Shown: positions 9,861 through 19,517 of the stretch, one piece after another
Numbering within the stretch: position 1 is the first letter of the stretch
How the letters are laid out: every line of letters starts with the position of its first letter
Assembly (NCBI GenBank): GCA_934636825.1
Contig: CAKUBG010000011.1
Location: 6,313 to 70,312, forward strand
DNA: 64,000 bases
Reading direction: 5' to 3'
Source: an uncultured bacterium
GTDB taxonomy: Bacteria; Vulcanimicrobiota; Xenobia; Xenobiales; Xenobiaceae
Notes under the pieces: generated by a model
What the model was told of the DNA's origin: nothing
The model's database searches: none
Seen by the model: the letters and a program-made list of their open reading frames with translations, nothing else
Program-made: the position numbers and the translations under genes

Positions 9861-10862
9861 CTACTTTTTGCTATCGGCTTTGGAAGTAGCAGGCGCAGCT
9901 CCAGACTGTTTTTCCACTTGGTTAAGTCCGGGAGCTTCTCCATCTTTAGGCATAGCACTACTGAATCCGGCTCCGGCCTTAGGTACAACTCTAGGTCTGA
10001 AAACACGACTTTTACGATCAAAAATTCTTAAGTCTTCCATGTCTTCATCCAAAAAGCGCACTGCATAAACCCAAACGGTTCTATCATCGGCCACAATTAC
10101 AGAGCCGTCTTTTATATTCATATAAGCTTGGCCTTCAATACGCCCTTTGCCCAAAACTTCTATATTTTCCGGCAATTTTTCTTTGGGACTAACTACGATA
10201 GAACCTACATAGTTAATTTGAGCTACATCCATGCCATTATCATCATGACGAATATCGGCAACAGAATATTTAAGACGGTGCTCTAAAACTAAAGATTTAC
10301 CGGAAACAGTATCCAAAGGATAGTTAATTACCCAGCGACTATCCCAGGGCTCGCCTATACGTACTCTTTTGTTGGGACGGCCAATCCACAGAGAAGATAA
10401 AAGCTGAGCGGTGTGCGTTTCGTCTACTAAATTTGATTTGCGACCTTTGATAAGCTCGAACCCCTCGATAACGCCCTTAGGACTCAAACGCATAGTAAAA
10501 ATATTCTCCAAGAATGAAGCCGGCTTATTAACTCCGATTTGAGCCAATTTGGCTTCTTTTACTAAATAATTGACTACAGGTTGAGCTCCACCGCGCTCAG
10601 TTTTTTCGATAAAGCTGAGAGCTAAATCGTATACATCAGGCTGAACACTATCATCTATTTCTAAGTTGGGAGTTTCACTTAATCCTCTTATTTCACGCCC
10701 ATTTAAAAGCATAGAAACAACATTGACCACATCGGCTTTGCCTTCTTGAAGTTTTAAAGGCATAGAAATGCCGAAAAGACCTCTGCGCATGTCAGGAATA
10801 AACAATAGAGCCAATATACCGACAATTATTACAGAGCCTATGACAAAGGCTATTCGTTTCAT
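9861..10862 (-). CDS. Membrane-anchored hypothetical protein
   Basis: ATG at 10862 gives MKRIAFVIGSVIIVGILALLFIP (signal anchor). No recognisable domain. Confidence 0.4.
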   Translation of the reverse strand: MKRIAFVIGSVIIVGILALLFIPDMRRGLFGISMPLKLQEGKADVVNVVSMLLNGREIRGLSETPNLEIDDSVQPDVYDLALSFIEKTERGGAQPVVNYLVKEAKLAQIGVNKPASFLENIFTMRLSPKGVIEGFELIKGRKSNLVDETHTAQLLSSLWIGRPNKRVRIGEPWDSRWVINYPLDTVSGKSLVLEHRLKYSVADIRHDDNGMDVAQINYVGSIVVSPKEKLPENIEVLGKGRIEGQAYMNIKDGSVIVADDRTVWVYAVRFLDEDMEDLRIFDRKSRVFRPRVVPKAGAGFSSAMPKDGEAPGLNQVEKQSGAAPATSKADSKK

Positions 10863-11217
10863 AAATATAAATCCCATCAACCAAATTAAACAACAAAATT
10901 GCGTTACCGGATCTGTTATTCCTGCCCGATCAAGTAAACGCTCTCTACTCTGCGCGATAAGTTTCAAAACGAAGAATAAAAGGACTAGATATCACGTAAC
11001 AATACAAAATGTTATTATATAGTTTTTATTTTACTACATTTAGTAGAGGACATTTATAGTTGATACAATAGGTGGGAGTTGATTCTTTGGTTTTAAATTG
11101 ATAGAGTTGAAACGCGTGCTCACGGAAAAAAAACGCGCGACCAGGTGTTTTTAACGTGTTCTTGTTCTGTGTGTAGAGCCTTACTTTGTACAGAAAGTTT
11201 GAGCCATCTGAATATAT

Positions 11218-12243
11218 ATGTTATCTCGTTCTAAGCAGGTTTTGTTTTCTCTGCTACTCTTAGCTGTCGCAGCCATCTGGGGAGCTTCATTTATGGTTAT
11301 GAAGGACGTCCAAGAGATAGTCCCCATGAACTATATTTTGGCTATTCGCTTTGGTGTAGCTGCCGTAGGACTTGCTTATTTTCTCTATCAGGGACGAGAT
11401 AAATTCGGCTGGGAGTTGCTCAAACACGGTTTCCTTGTCGGCACTTTGCTCTACTTTGCCTATGCAGTTCAGTCGTACGGGCTTTTCTTTACTACCGTAA
11501 GTAAAAATGCGGTATATTGTGGACTTAACGTAGTAGTTGTGCCTTTCTTAGCTTGGGCTTTATATCGCGAACGAATTGCTATACCAGTATATGCGGCAGC
11601 CATTCTGGTTTTTATGGGCGTCTATTGTATTGCCGGCCCGATTTCTGTAGACAGCTTTAACTACGGAGATTTGCTCTCTTTATCTAGTGCAGTTTTATTT
11701 GCCGCCCATATTATTGCCGTATCCAGATGTTCTAAAACTTCAGAATTGTTGCCTTTAAGTTGCTTGCAATTCGTTTTTGCCTCTATGTGGGGTTGGGTAT
11801 TTGCCATTTTCGGCAAGCCTTTTCCGGCCGAGCTCACTTGGTCTGAATGGGGAGGTTTGGCTTGGTTGGCCATTATGGCCACTTTGCTGGCTATTACCAT
11901 GATGAATATAGGCATTAAGTATATAAATCCCACAGTTACAGCAGTTATTTTTGCCACAGAATCTCCCTTTGCTTGTATGTGCGGAGTTTTCTTTAAAAAC
12001 GATCCTATGACTAGCCGCATAGCTCTGGGTATAGCTTTGGTTTTTGTAGCTTTAGTCTCTTCTCAATTAGGTGGTCCCTCTTCTGAAAATACCGCTGAAT
12101 CAAAGTCTGAATCAGAGTCTTCACCTGACGATAAACAGACACTTTCCTCCGATACTGCGCAAGATTCTACCCAAACTGATCAAGTTGATAGAAAAGAACT
12201 TACTTTGTCTCCTGTACAAATTTCCGAATTGGATAGGCCCTAG
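11218..12243 (+). CDS. EamA/DMT-family transporter with acidic Ser/Thr-rich C-terminal tail
   Basis: About 10 hydrophobic helices in a two-EamA-repeat pattern. The tail SSENTAESKSESESSPDDKQ... is low complexity. Confidence 0.75.
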   Translation: MLSRSKQVLFSLLLLAVAAIWGASFMVMKDVQEIVPMNYILAIRFGVAAVGLAYFLYQGRDKFGWELLKHGFLVGTLLYFAYAVQSYGLFFTTVSKNAVYCGLNVVVVPFLAWALYRERIAIPVYAAAILVFMGVYCIAGPISVDSFNYGDLLSLSSAVLFAAHIIAVSRCSKTSELLPLSCLQFVFASMWGWVFAIFGKPFPAELTWSEWGGLAWLAIMATLLAITMMNIGIKYINPTVTAVIFATESPFACMCGVFFKNDPMTSRIALGIALVFVALVSSQLGGPSSENTAESKSESESSPDDKQTLSSDTAQDSTQTDQVDRKELTLSPVQISELDRP

Positions 12244-12472
12244 CCAACAGGTCGACATTCTGCCCAAAATTAAGCCTTTGGCAGGGTTTAAGACTTTCTT
12301 TAGCTAAACAGACACGGGTATGTTTCGGCTCGCTTTGCGCTGCGGCCTGAACATATTCTTTTCTAAAAGCGTTGGAAACATAAATGGTTCCGTTCCTTAG
12401 ACAGAGAGCATATAAAAAAGGTCTGCGGCCCGTCTCCAGCGCACTTCCCTTATTTTTAAAGGAGAGGCCGTC

Positions 12473-13699
12473 ATGGCAAAAATTTTAGTATACTCAGAAG
12501 CCAGCCGCAGTCAGATTTATCCTCTCGTTCCCACTTTACTTAAACTGACTGAAAACGGCCACAAAGTAATTGTCAAAACCGGACGTCACTGTGTAGAGAC
12601 CTTGCGCAGAGCTGGTTTGGAAGCCTCTCCTATTTCCGACTATGTAGAATTTTTTCGCTTGGACGACTGGCAATGTGACACATACGAACAATCTCTGAGC
12701 AAGCTTATCGAATACTTGATTCGTCGTTCTCGCTTTGATTTTAACGATTTCGCCGCAGCCCTGCGCTATGACAGCCCGGATCTAGTCATTGTGAATGCCA
12801 GTTGTTTAGGAGCAGCCGCCGGAGCCATGGCTTCCAAAATGCCTGTAGTCAGTTGGAGTGCCGATTTAGTTCCCTTCCCTGCTCAGGGTATTCCTTTATT
12901 TGGCCCCGGCTTACCCTATTCGCAAGGTGCTTTTGGAGCTATCAAAAATTGGGCTCGCTCCGGCTCTATCCAAAAATGTTTCGAATGTGAACTTGATCAT
13001 TTTAATGATTTCCTTTTGAAACTGGGTATTCTTCCCTTGCGAGATATGCAAAATTGGTGTTCACAATTGCCCAATTTCCTTTATTTTACTTCTGAGCCTT
13101 TCGAATATCCGCGTCCCTGGCCAAGCAATGTCAATTTAGTAGGCCCTTGCCATTGGGAGCCCTCTATCGATTCTGAACTAGAGATAGCTAACGATTCTCG
13201 TCAGATCATTTTGGTCAGTTTAGGCTGTTCTTATCAAGATAATGCTTACTTGCTTAAACAAACTGTAGCGGCTATGCCTTCCAATAGCTATCAAGTAGTA
13301 GCTACTACGTGCAGCATTACCTTAGATGAATTTAAAAATATGGATGAGGCTATAGTAACCCGCTTTGCTTCTCATAATAAGATTTTACAGAGAGCTTCTT
13401 GCGCAGTCTGTTGCGGAGGTTTGGGTTTTGTGCAAAAAGCTTTATCTCACGGAGTACCTGTTTGCGTAGTTCCTCAAGTACGCTCCCAGTTGGAAGTAGC
13501 TCAGCGTGTCTTAAATTCTAATGTCGGCACTACTCTTGAAGCTAAAAAAATTACTCCCAGCGCTTTAAATTCAGCTATTCGCAAAGCTATAGACAAACGT
13601 CGTAAAGTGCAAGAAATGGCCGAAGTTTTCAGCGATGCTGAAACTGCTGACAAGTGTGTACATATTATCGAAAACATTTTGGCACAAAGTCAAAAATAA
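12473..13699 (+). CDS. GT1-family UDP-glycosyltransferase (MGT/GtfB-like)
   Basis: C-terminal nucleotide-sugar binding signature CCGGLGFVQKALSHGVPVCVVPQVRSQLEVAQRV. Size and architecture are typical of GT1 MGT enzymes. Confidence 0.6.
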   Translation: MAKILVYSEASRSQIYPLVPTLLKLTENGHKVIVKTGRHCVETLRRAGLEASPISDYVEFFRLDDWQCDTYEQSLSKLIEYLIRRSRFDFNDFAAALRYDSPDLVIVNASCLGAAAGAMASKMPVVSWSADLVPFPAQGIPLFGPGLPYSQGAFGAIKNWARSGSIQKCFECELDHFNDFLLKLGILPLRDMQNWCSQLPNFLYFTSEPFEYPRPWPSNVNLVGPCHWEPSIDSELEIANDSRQIILVSLGCSYQDNAYLLKQTVAAMPSNSYQVVATTCSITLDEFKNMDEAIVTRFASHNKILQRASCAVCCGGLGFVQKALSHGVPVCVVPQVRSQLEVAQRVLNSNVGTTLEAKKITPSALNSAIRKAIDKRRKVQEMAEVFSDAETADKCVHIIENILAQSQK

Positions 13700-13738
13700 A
13701 TAGTTTTTCATAACACAATAAAGAGAATTTGCAATCTA

Positions 13739-14371
13739 ATGGACTTTAAGAATACTAATTGTCAAAACTTTTTAGATATGCTGGCTTCTAAAGCTCCTGT
13801 GCCCGGAGGCGGTGGAGCTTCAGCTCTAGTGGGAGCGTTGGGGACAGCCCTAGGTCACATGACTGGAGCTCTAACTGTAGGCAAAAAGAGATATGCCGAA
13901 TTTGAGCCAGAACTTCAGTCGTTGCAAAAAGAGTTGCAACAGTTGCAACAGGAGCTAATCGATCTCATAGAGGAAGACGCCCGGGCCTTTGAACCGCTGG
14001 CAGCAGCTTACAAACTTCCTAAAGAGACCGAAGAAGAGAAGTTGCACAAAGAAGCGATTATTGAAAAAGCGCTTTACTCAGCCAGTTTGGCTCCTTTGCG
14101 CGTTATGGAAAAATGTGCTCGCGCTATAGAAATATTGGAAATTATGGCTCTCAAAGGCTCACGCTTGGCGATAAGCGATGCTGCTTCAGGCGCTTCTTTT
14201 TGTCGAGCAGCTTTAGAGGCAGCCGCTCTAAATGTTTTTATCAATACAAAAGCTATGACAAATAGGATAAATGCTCAAGAGTTGAACAAACAAGCTGACG
14301 TCATCTTAAACGAATATTTGCCGCGAGCTGAGGCTATTTACAGTCAGATAGCCAAACAACTGAGAAATTAA
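13739..14371 (+). CDS. Cyclodeaminase/cyclohydrolase family protein (FTCD C-terminal-like, methenyl-THF cyclohydrolase)
   Basis: Signature PGGGGASALVGALGTALGHM; all-helical, 210 aa; adjacent to folD. Confidence 0.8.
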   Translation: MDFKNTNCQNFLDMLASKAPVPGGGGASALVGALGTALGHMTGALTVGKKRYAEFEPELQSLQKELQQLQQELIDLIEEDARAFEPLAAAYKLPKETEEEKLHKEAIIEKALYSASLAPLRVMEKCARAIEILEIMALKGSRLAISDAASGASFCRAALEAAALNVFINTKAMTNRINAQELNKQADVILNEYLPRAEAIYSQIAKQLRN

Positions 14372-14384
14372 GCGAGGTCGTTTT

Positions 14385-15254
14385 GTGCCTTTAATTTTAG
14401 ACGGAAAAGTTATTACCCAAGAAATTGCCAAACATTTGCATATAGAATCCCAACAGCTTAAAGACAAAGGCATAGAGCCTATGTTGGCTACCATACGTTT
14501 GGGCGAACGCGAAGATGATATAGCTTATGAAAGAGCCGCTTCTAAACGTTGCCTTTCTGTGGGCATTAAAGTACACAATATCGTATTGTCGGCCAATACC
14601 GAGCAAAAAGCTTTGCTTGAGCAAATAAATATTCTTAATAATGATCCAAAAGTACACGGCATCCTCGTTTTTATGCCTTTGCCCGGTCATATAGACAAAA
14701 ATACGATCTGTGCCGCTTTAGATCCGCGTAAAGACGCCGATGGTATTACACTTACTTCGCAAGTAGGAGTTTATACCGGTCGTCCGCAAATGGGCTTTCC
14801 ACCTTGCACAGCTCAAGCTTGCATGGAAATTATTAAGTATTACGGCTTTAATATCGAAGGCAAAAATGCCGTCGTGTTGGGAAGAAGTCAAATTGTGGGC
14901 AAACCGGCGGCCATGTTGCTTCTGGAAGAAAATGCCACCGTAACTATATGTCATAGTTATAGTAAAGAGGCCTTCGCTTTAGCTAAAAAAGCAGATTTAC
15001 TGATTACGGCTGTTGGCCAACCGAATCTGGTAGACAAGAAATACTTGCATCCGGGACAAATAGTTATAGACGTAGGTACAAGCGTAAATGCACAAGGCAA
15101 ACTTTGTGGCGATGTTTGTTGGCAAGATGCTCAAGTAGTGCAAGCTGTTACGCCAGTTCCCGGCGGCGTAGGGGCCGTTACCAATGTCATTTTGGCTAAA
15201 CATGTTATTCAAGCTGCACAAGCAATTTCAGGTCAAAGCCAAAAACAACTTTAG
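14385..15254 (+). CDS. folD: Bifunctional methylene-THF dehydrogenase / methenyl-THF cyclohydrolase
   Basis: FolD-typical ILDGK N-terminus, DPRKDADG, VLGRSQIVGKPAAMLL, PVPGGVGAVT. Confidence 0.9.
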   Translation: MPLILDGKVITQEIAKHLHIESQQLKDKGIEPMLATIRLGEREDDIAYERAASKRCLSVGIKVHNIVLSANTEQKALLEQINILNNDPKVHGILVFMPLPGHIDKNTICAALDPRKDADGITLTSQVGVYTGRPQMGFPPCTAQACMEIIKYYGFNIEGKNAVVLGRSQIVGKPAAMLLLEENATVTICHSYSKEAFALAKKADLLITAVGQPNLVDKKYLHPGQIVIDVGTSVNAQGKLCGDVCWQDAQVVQAVTPVPGGVGAVTNVILAKHVIQAAQAISGQSQKQL

Positions 15255-15292
15255 CTGAAGCTCGAAAGCAGTAGTTTAATTATACTTGCCAA

Positions 15293-15338
15293 TAGCTGAG
15301 TGAGTTGTCGTTTTTCTCCAAGGCGGCTCACTCAGCTA
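15293..15338. terminator. Hairpin between convergent folD and the AIM24-like gene
   Basis: 12-nt perfect arms tagctgagtgag (15293-15304) and ctcactcagcta (15327-15338), followed by ttttatttt. The right arm overlaps the stop codon of the minus-strand gene. Confidence 0.55.
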
Positions 15339-16232
15339 TTTTATTTTGGGATACATATACTCTTCATCGCCATGAACAGCCACAAAACCGCCGCCGGTAA
15401 ACACTATTTGCATAATATCTACCACACCGCGATTCATTAAATTCATACGACTGACGTCGGCTTGCACTTTCAACTCGGCTCTACCACTCCAAGCCAAAGC
15501 CTTTATAGGCAAGCAAGTGAGCGGATTAGTGACTGTACAAGGCAAGGCAATCGGCCAACCGCAAGAGCAGAAAGCTACCCAACCGTGCCCTTCCAGGCGC
15601 AGAGAGTACATACCACCCACAGTTAGGCCGACCGCATTGCCGATCATTTGTACTTTGTGTTCTAAGCTGTCCTCAAAAGCCAAAACGGCCGTCCCTTGCA
15701 AATTGATCACTTCATTATCTAAATAGACAAAAAAGATTCTGTGGGCGCCATTGGCTAAATATATTTGACCTCGCCCCTGAGCTACACCAAAAACCGAAGT
15801 TTCACCGGTAAAAGCCTTATACAAAAATAAGCTTAAGCTTTCATTTAGCAGCTCCGGATCTCTGGCAAATTTTATTTGTCCACAATGAGCAGCTACATTA
15901 ACCGGACGCAACCAAATTAAGCCGTCAACTTCGGCTTGCATCATCGATTCGTTGAGCAAACGAAAGGGACAAGCAGACACCGGGCGCTTGGCTCTTTCTC
16001 GGGCCAATTCTGCCAAGTACGGATTCTGAAGTGTATTTTCGTGCTCGGCTGAATTGGCTTCGAGCTTGTCCGCTGCCTCAAGCTCAGAATCAGTTTCTCC
16101 AGCTAAAAGTTGCGACTCGGCAATAAGCACCGAACCGCTCTTTATGCGAGTGCAAGCAAAAAAACTGCGCACACTCTCAAACCGATACGGCAATGAGGCT
16201 GAAGATGTCGGACAAGCTCGAAAGTCATTCAT
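15336..16232 (-). CDS. AIM24/DUF124-like family protein
   Basis: ATG at 16232 (MNDFRAC...) lies 3 nt after the prfC stop codon (16238-16240); the longer ORF would overlap prfC. The C-terminal half has the beta-rich G-x-G-rich pattern (GRGQIYLANG, LEGHGWVAF, FTGGGFVAVHG) typical of AIM24-family proteins. Confidence 0.5.
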   Translation of the reverse strand: MNDFRACPTSSASLPYRFESVRSFFACTRIKSGSVLIAESQLLAGETDSELEAADKLEANSAEHENTLQNPYLAELARERAKRPVSACPFRLLNESMMQAEVDGLIWLRPVNVAAHCGQIKFARDPELLNESLSLFLYKAFTGETSVFGVAQGRGQIYLANGAHRIFFVYLDNEVINLQGTAVLAFEDSLEHKVQMIGNAVGLTVGGMYSLRLEGHGWVAFCSCGWPIALPCTVTNPLTCLPIKALAWSGRAELKVQADVSRMNLMNRGVVDIMQIVFTGGGFVAVHGDEEYMYPKIK

Positions 16233-16237
16233 GACAA

Positions 16238-17899
16238 TTAGCGAGGACTCACAGACAGGAATTGCAGCTTGGGATTTCTTTCTGCCGTGTAGTCCAAGTC
16301 CCACTCAGAAGGGAAAAGACAAACTAAACGGTCGTTGCCATCAGCTACTTTTAAAGCTAAACGCGAAGGCTCAAAAGTTTCCAAATCTTCGGGAGTACCG
16401 ACTACCCATCTGGCTAAACGGAAAGACATAGGTTCAAATCTAGCATCTACACCGTAATCAGTTTTCAAACGATGAGCCACAACTTCAAATTGCAGCTGAC
16501 CGACAGCACCCATAATAGGCATACGGGTACTCTCCTCCGGCGGCCAGAAAATTTGAATAGCGCCCTCACGCTGCAGCAAATCTAAAGCTTTATTGAATTG
16601 TTTGCGTCGCGAAGGATCGTCTACAATCACACGACAGAAGTGTTCCGGCGGGAATAAAGGAATAGGATCGTAATGAACGTCCTCTCCCTCAACTAAAGTA
16701 TCTCCCAAAACAAGTTCGCCGGAGTTAACTAAACCGACAACATCTCCGGGGAAAGCTTCATCAACAGTTTCGCGCTCTTGGGCAAATAAACGCTGAGGAT
16801 AAGTTAAGCGAATAACTTCACCAGTGCGAGCGCAATGTACTTTCATGCCACGCTCAAAACGGCCGGTACAAATGCGCAGAAAGGCTACACGATCACGGTG
16901 ACGAGGGTTCATATCAGCCTGAATCTTGAAAACAAAACCGGAAAAAGAGGGCGTCTCCGGAGGGATCAAACCTTTATCGCTATTGCGAGCCGGCGGAGAG
17001 GGAACCATATCGATAAACTGATCTAAGAAAAGCTGCACGCCGAAATTGGTTAAAGCACTACCAAAGAAGACCGGAGTGATTTCACCGCGATAGAAAGCTT
17101 CTTTATCAAATTCTTCGCCAGCCAATTGCAAAAGTTCAATTTCTTCGCTGAAATTTTGGAAAATATCGGAAGGAACTAAAGAAGCCACTTCCTCGGAATG
17201 GGGATCAACTATTTTAACTTCAGCTTTGCGGGCACCATGATCGCGTCTTTCAAAAAGATGCAAACGACCGGTAGAAGGTTCAAATACGCCCTTAAAGTGT
17301 TCTCCACTACCCAAAGGCCAGTTCATAGGCACAGTATGAACGTTGAGCACTCGCTCAATTTCTCCAGTAAGTTCCAAAGGATCCAAACTGGGACGGTCGA
17401 GCTTGTTAATAAAAGTCACCATAGGAATGTGGCGGCGCTTACATACTTCGAAAAGCTTGAGAGTTTGGGCCTCAATACCTTTTGCGGCATCAAGAACCAT
17501 AATCACACTATCCACAGCCAAAAGAGTACGGTAGGTATCTTCACTGAAGTCTTGGTGACCGGGAGTATCCAGCAAATTGAGCAAGCAACCATTATATTCA
17601 AAGCTCAAAACCGTAGAACTTACGGAAATACCACGCTGCTTTTCGATTTCCATAAAGTCGGAAGCGGCACTGTTCTGCGAGCGACGGGCTCTAACAACGC
17701 CGGCCAAATTGACGGCGCCTCCGTAAAGGAGCAATTTTTCCGTAAGAGTGGTCTTACCAGCGTCAGGGTGAGAAATAATAGCAAAAGTACGTCTTCTGCG
17801 AATTTCTTTTTCTATGCGTTCATCGACAGCAAGCGCATTGGTAGCAGCAACTTGTCCATTGTCGACAACTTCGGCATTTATTTGTGTGTTGTCGTCCAT
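16238..17899 (-). CDS. prfC: Peptide chain release factor 3
   Basis: RRRTFAIISHPDAGKTTLTEKLLLYGG (G1), DTPGHQDF (G3), NKLDR (G4); full-length RF3 architecture, 553 aa. Confidence 0.9.
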   Translation of the reverse strand: MDDNTQINAEVVDNGQVAATNALAVDERIEKEIRRRRTFAIISHPDAGKTTLTEKLLLYGGAVNLAGVVRARRSQNSAASDFMEIEKQRGISVSSTVLSFEYNGCLLNLLDTPGHQDFSEDTYRTLLAVDSVIMVLDAAKGIEAQTLKLFEVCKRRHIPMVTFINKLDRPSLDPLELTGEIERVLNVHTVPMNWPLGSGEHFKGVFEPSTGRLHLFERRDHGARKAEVKIVDPHSEEVASLVPSDIFQNFSEEIELLQLAGEEFDKEAFYRGEITPVFFGSALTNFGVQLFLDQFIDMVPSPPARNSDKGLIPPETPSFSGFVFKIQADMNPRHRDRVAFLRICTGRFERGMKVHCARTGEVIRLTYPQRLFAQERETVDEAFPGDVVGLVNSGELVLGDTLVEGEDVHYDPIPLFPPEHFCRVIVDDPSRRKQFNKALDLLQREGAIQIFWPPEESTRMPIMGAVGQLQFEVVAHRLKTDYGVDARFEPMSFRLARWVVGTPEDLETFEPSRLALKVADGNDRLVCLFPSEWDLDYTAERNPKLQFLSVSPR

Positions 17900-18037
17900 A
17901 TTTTCCTCATTTTTAGCAGCGCCTAAAAGCGCTTCACTACTTTATTATATATCAGTAATTTTTGGCAAAGCCCCTAGCAACGAAGGAAGCCGTCCCCAGC
18001 TCTAAGCTGACGACGGCTCCCAATTAAGGCTTAAATT

Positions 18038-19255
18038 TTAGAATTTGCCCACCAAATCGTAAACGGGCAAGAATACAGCCAGCAAGACATAACCTACGAC
18101 CAGACCCATGAAGAAGATCATGATAGGCTCGAGCATGGAAGTGAGAGCTTCTAATACGTGTTCAACTTCCAAATCGTAGAAATCGGCCAACTTGTCGAGC
18201 AAAGTGGGTAAGTTACCGGTCTCTTCACCTACAGCAATCATTTGATAAAGCATAGGCGGGAAAATTTTATATTTCTTAATAGGTTCGGAAAGGCGCATAC
18301 CTTGCTTCAAACCCATTTGTACTTCCAAAAGGATATCACCGATAACGGAGTTACCTACTGCCTTACTGACAATTTCCAAAGAGTGAACTACAGGAACACC
18401 GCTGGCGATCAAGGTGCCTAAAGTACGGCAGAAGCGAGAAAGAGCCACTTTTTGAATAACCGGGCCAATCAAGGGCATGTCCAACATCATACCGTCAAGA
18501 GCGCGTTTGCCTTTCTCAGTACGGACGTATTGACCGACAAAGTAGGAAACCAAACCAATAACTGCCAAAGTGCTGACAACCACGAAAGGATTGGTGGCCA
18601 TTTTGGTAATCCAAATAAGGCTGCGAGTAATGGCAGGAAGCTGAACATCGATACCTTCAAACAGAGCTACGAAGGTAGGGAATACGTAGTTGACCAGTAC
18701 AAAAGTGACCAAACAGCAAGCACCAAATACTACCAAAGGATAGGTGGTGGCTGAAGATACCTTGGCGCGTAAACGAACTTCACGCTCAAGCAAGTTGGCC
18801 AAACGCTCCATAATATCGCCCATAGAGCCGGACATTTCTCCAGCTCGAACCATGGCTATGTAAAGCTGATCGAAGACCAAAGGATGCTTACTCATAGATT
18901 TGGCCAACGTATAACCCATGCGGATATCGTCATGGACTTCACGCACAGCACGACTCAGCGGCCCGTTGAGAGTTTGACGGCCTAAACCATCTAAACTTCG
19001 CACAGTGGAAATACCGGAGTTAAAGAGTACAGCAAACTGCCTAGTAAAAATAGCCAGAGCATACAAATCGGCTCTCTCAAAACGAGCAGTTAAATCTTTA
19101 ATGATACGAGTGGGGTCGCGACGCTCTTTGATAGTCGTTACGGTATAACGAATATTACGCAAGTCGCGAATCACGGCTTGCTTGTCGGGAGCCTCTACAG
19201 TTCCGTCGACACTTCGTCCTCTTGAGTCTACTGCAGTATAATCAAAAACCGGCAT
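18038..19255 (-). CDS. pilC: Type II secretion system F / type IV pilus platform protein (PilC/GspF family)
   Basis: ATG at 19255 gives MPVFDYTAVDSRGR, typical of PilC. Two T2SSF repeats and three TM segments. Confidence 0.85.
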   Translation of the reverse strand: MPVFDYTAVDSRGRSVDGTVEAPDKQAVIRDLRNIRYTVTTIKERRDPTRIIKDLTARFERADLYALAIFTRQFAVLFNSGISTVRSLDGLGRQTLNGPLSRAVREVHDDIRMGYTLAKSMSKHPLVFDQLYIAMVRAGEMSGSMGDIMERLANLLEREVRLRAKVSSATTYPLVVFGACCLVTFVLVNYVFPTFVALFEGIDVQLPAITRSLIWITKMATNPFVVVSTLAVIGLVSYFVGQYVRTEKGKRALDGMMLDMPLIGPVIQKVALSRFCRTLGTLIASGVPVVHSLEIVSKAVGNSVIGDILLEVQMGLKQGMRLSEPIKKYKIFPPMLYQMIAVGEETGNLPTLLDKLADFYDLEVEHVLEALTSMLEPIMIFFMGLVVGYVLLAVFLPVYDLVGKF

Positions 19256-19517
19256 AGCGCTGATTATTCTCCAATTCTCCGGCACCGACTGAACTCAAAA
19301 AATCGGCACCAACTCTACTCTCTTGCTAAAAAGGCTACTCTTTCTTCTACATACCTGCCTTTTCCCCTAGTAGCACCGACACAAAATTAGTCCCCTATAT
19401 TTCTTTCTGAAGTTAGAAAAAAACCGAACTAAAAAAACAGCCAAAAATTCGATAAGTATCCACCGAATAGCACCTTTAGCAGGGCCACCAACATCTAAAG
19501 CGAACAGGTTCGGCACT

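Noticed and set aside
6781-16224. Recurrence of the 10-mer agctcgaaag (6781, 15259, 16215; ctcgaaagc also at nt 1), two copies just after stop codons, as a possible REP-like element.
   Set aside because: A rough calculation gives tens of 10-mers expected to recur 3 times by chance in 64 kb, and about 0.6 expected to recur 4 times. Orientation relative to the genes is inconsistent, and the flanks share no extended similarity.
16425-16445. tRNA T-arm-like string ggttcaaatc.
   Set aside because: It lies inside the prfC coding sequence, and no acceptor, D-arm or anticodon-arm pairing surrounds it. I saw no convincing tRNA, rRNA, tmRNA, RNase P or SRP RNA signature in the intergenic regions I read by eye.
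17198-17926. 242-aa plus-strand ORF, together with other ORFs at 16054-16431 and 16835-17026, antisense to prfC and the AIM24-like gene.
   Set aside because: The opposite strand encodes an unmistakable full-length RF3. The antisense ORFs have low-complexity, atypical composition and no start context.
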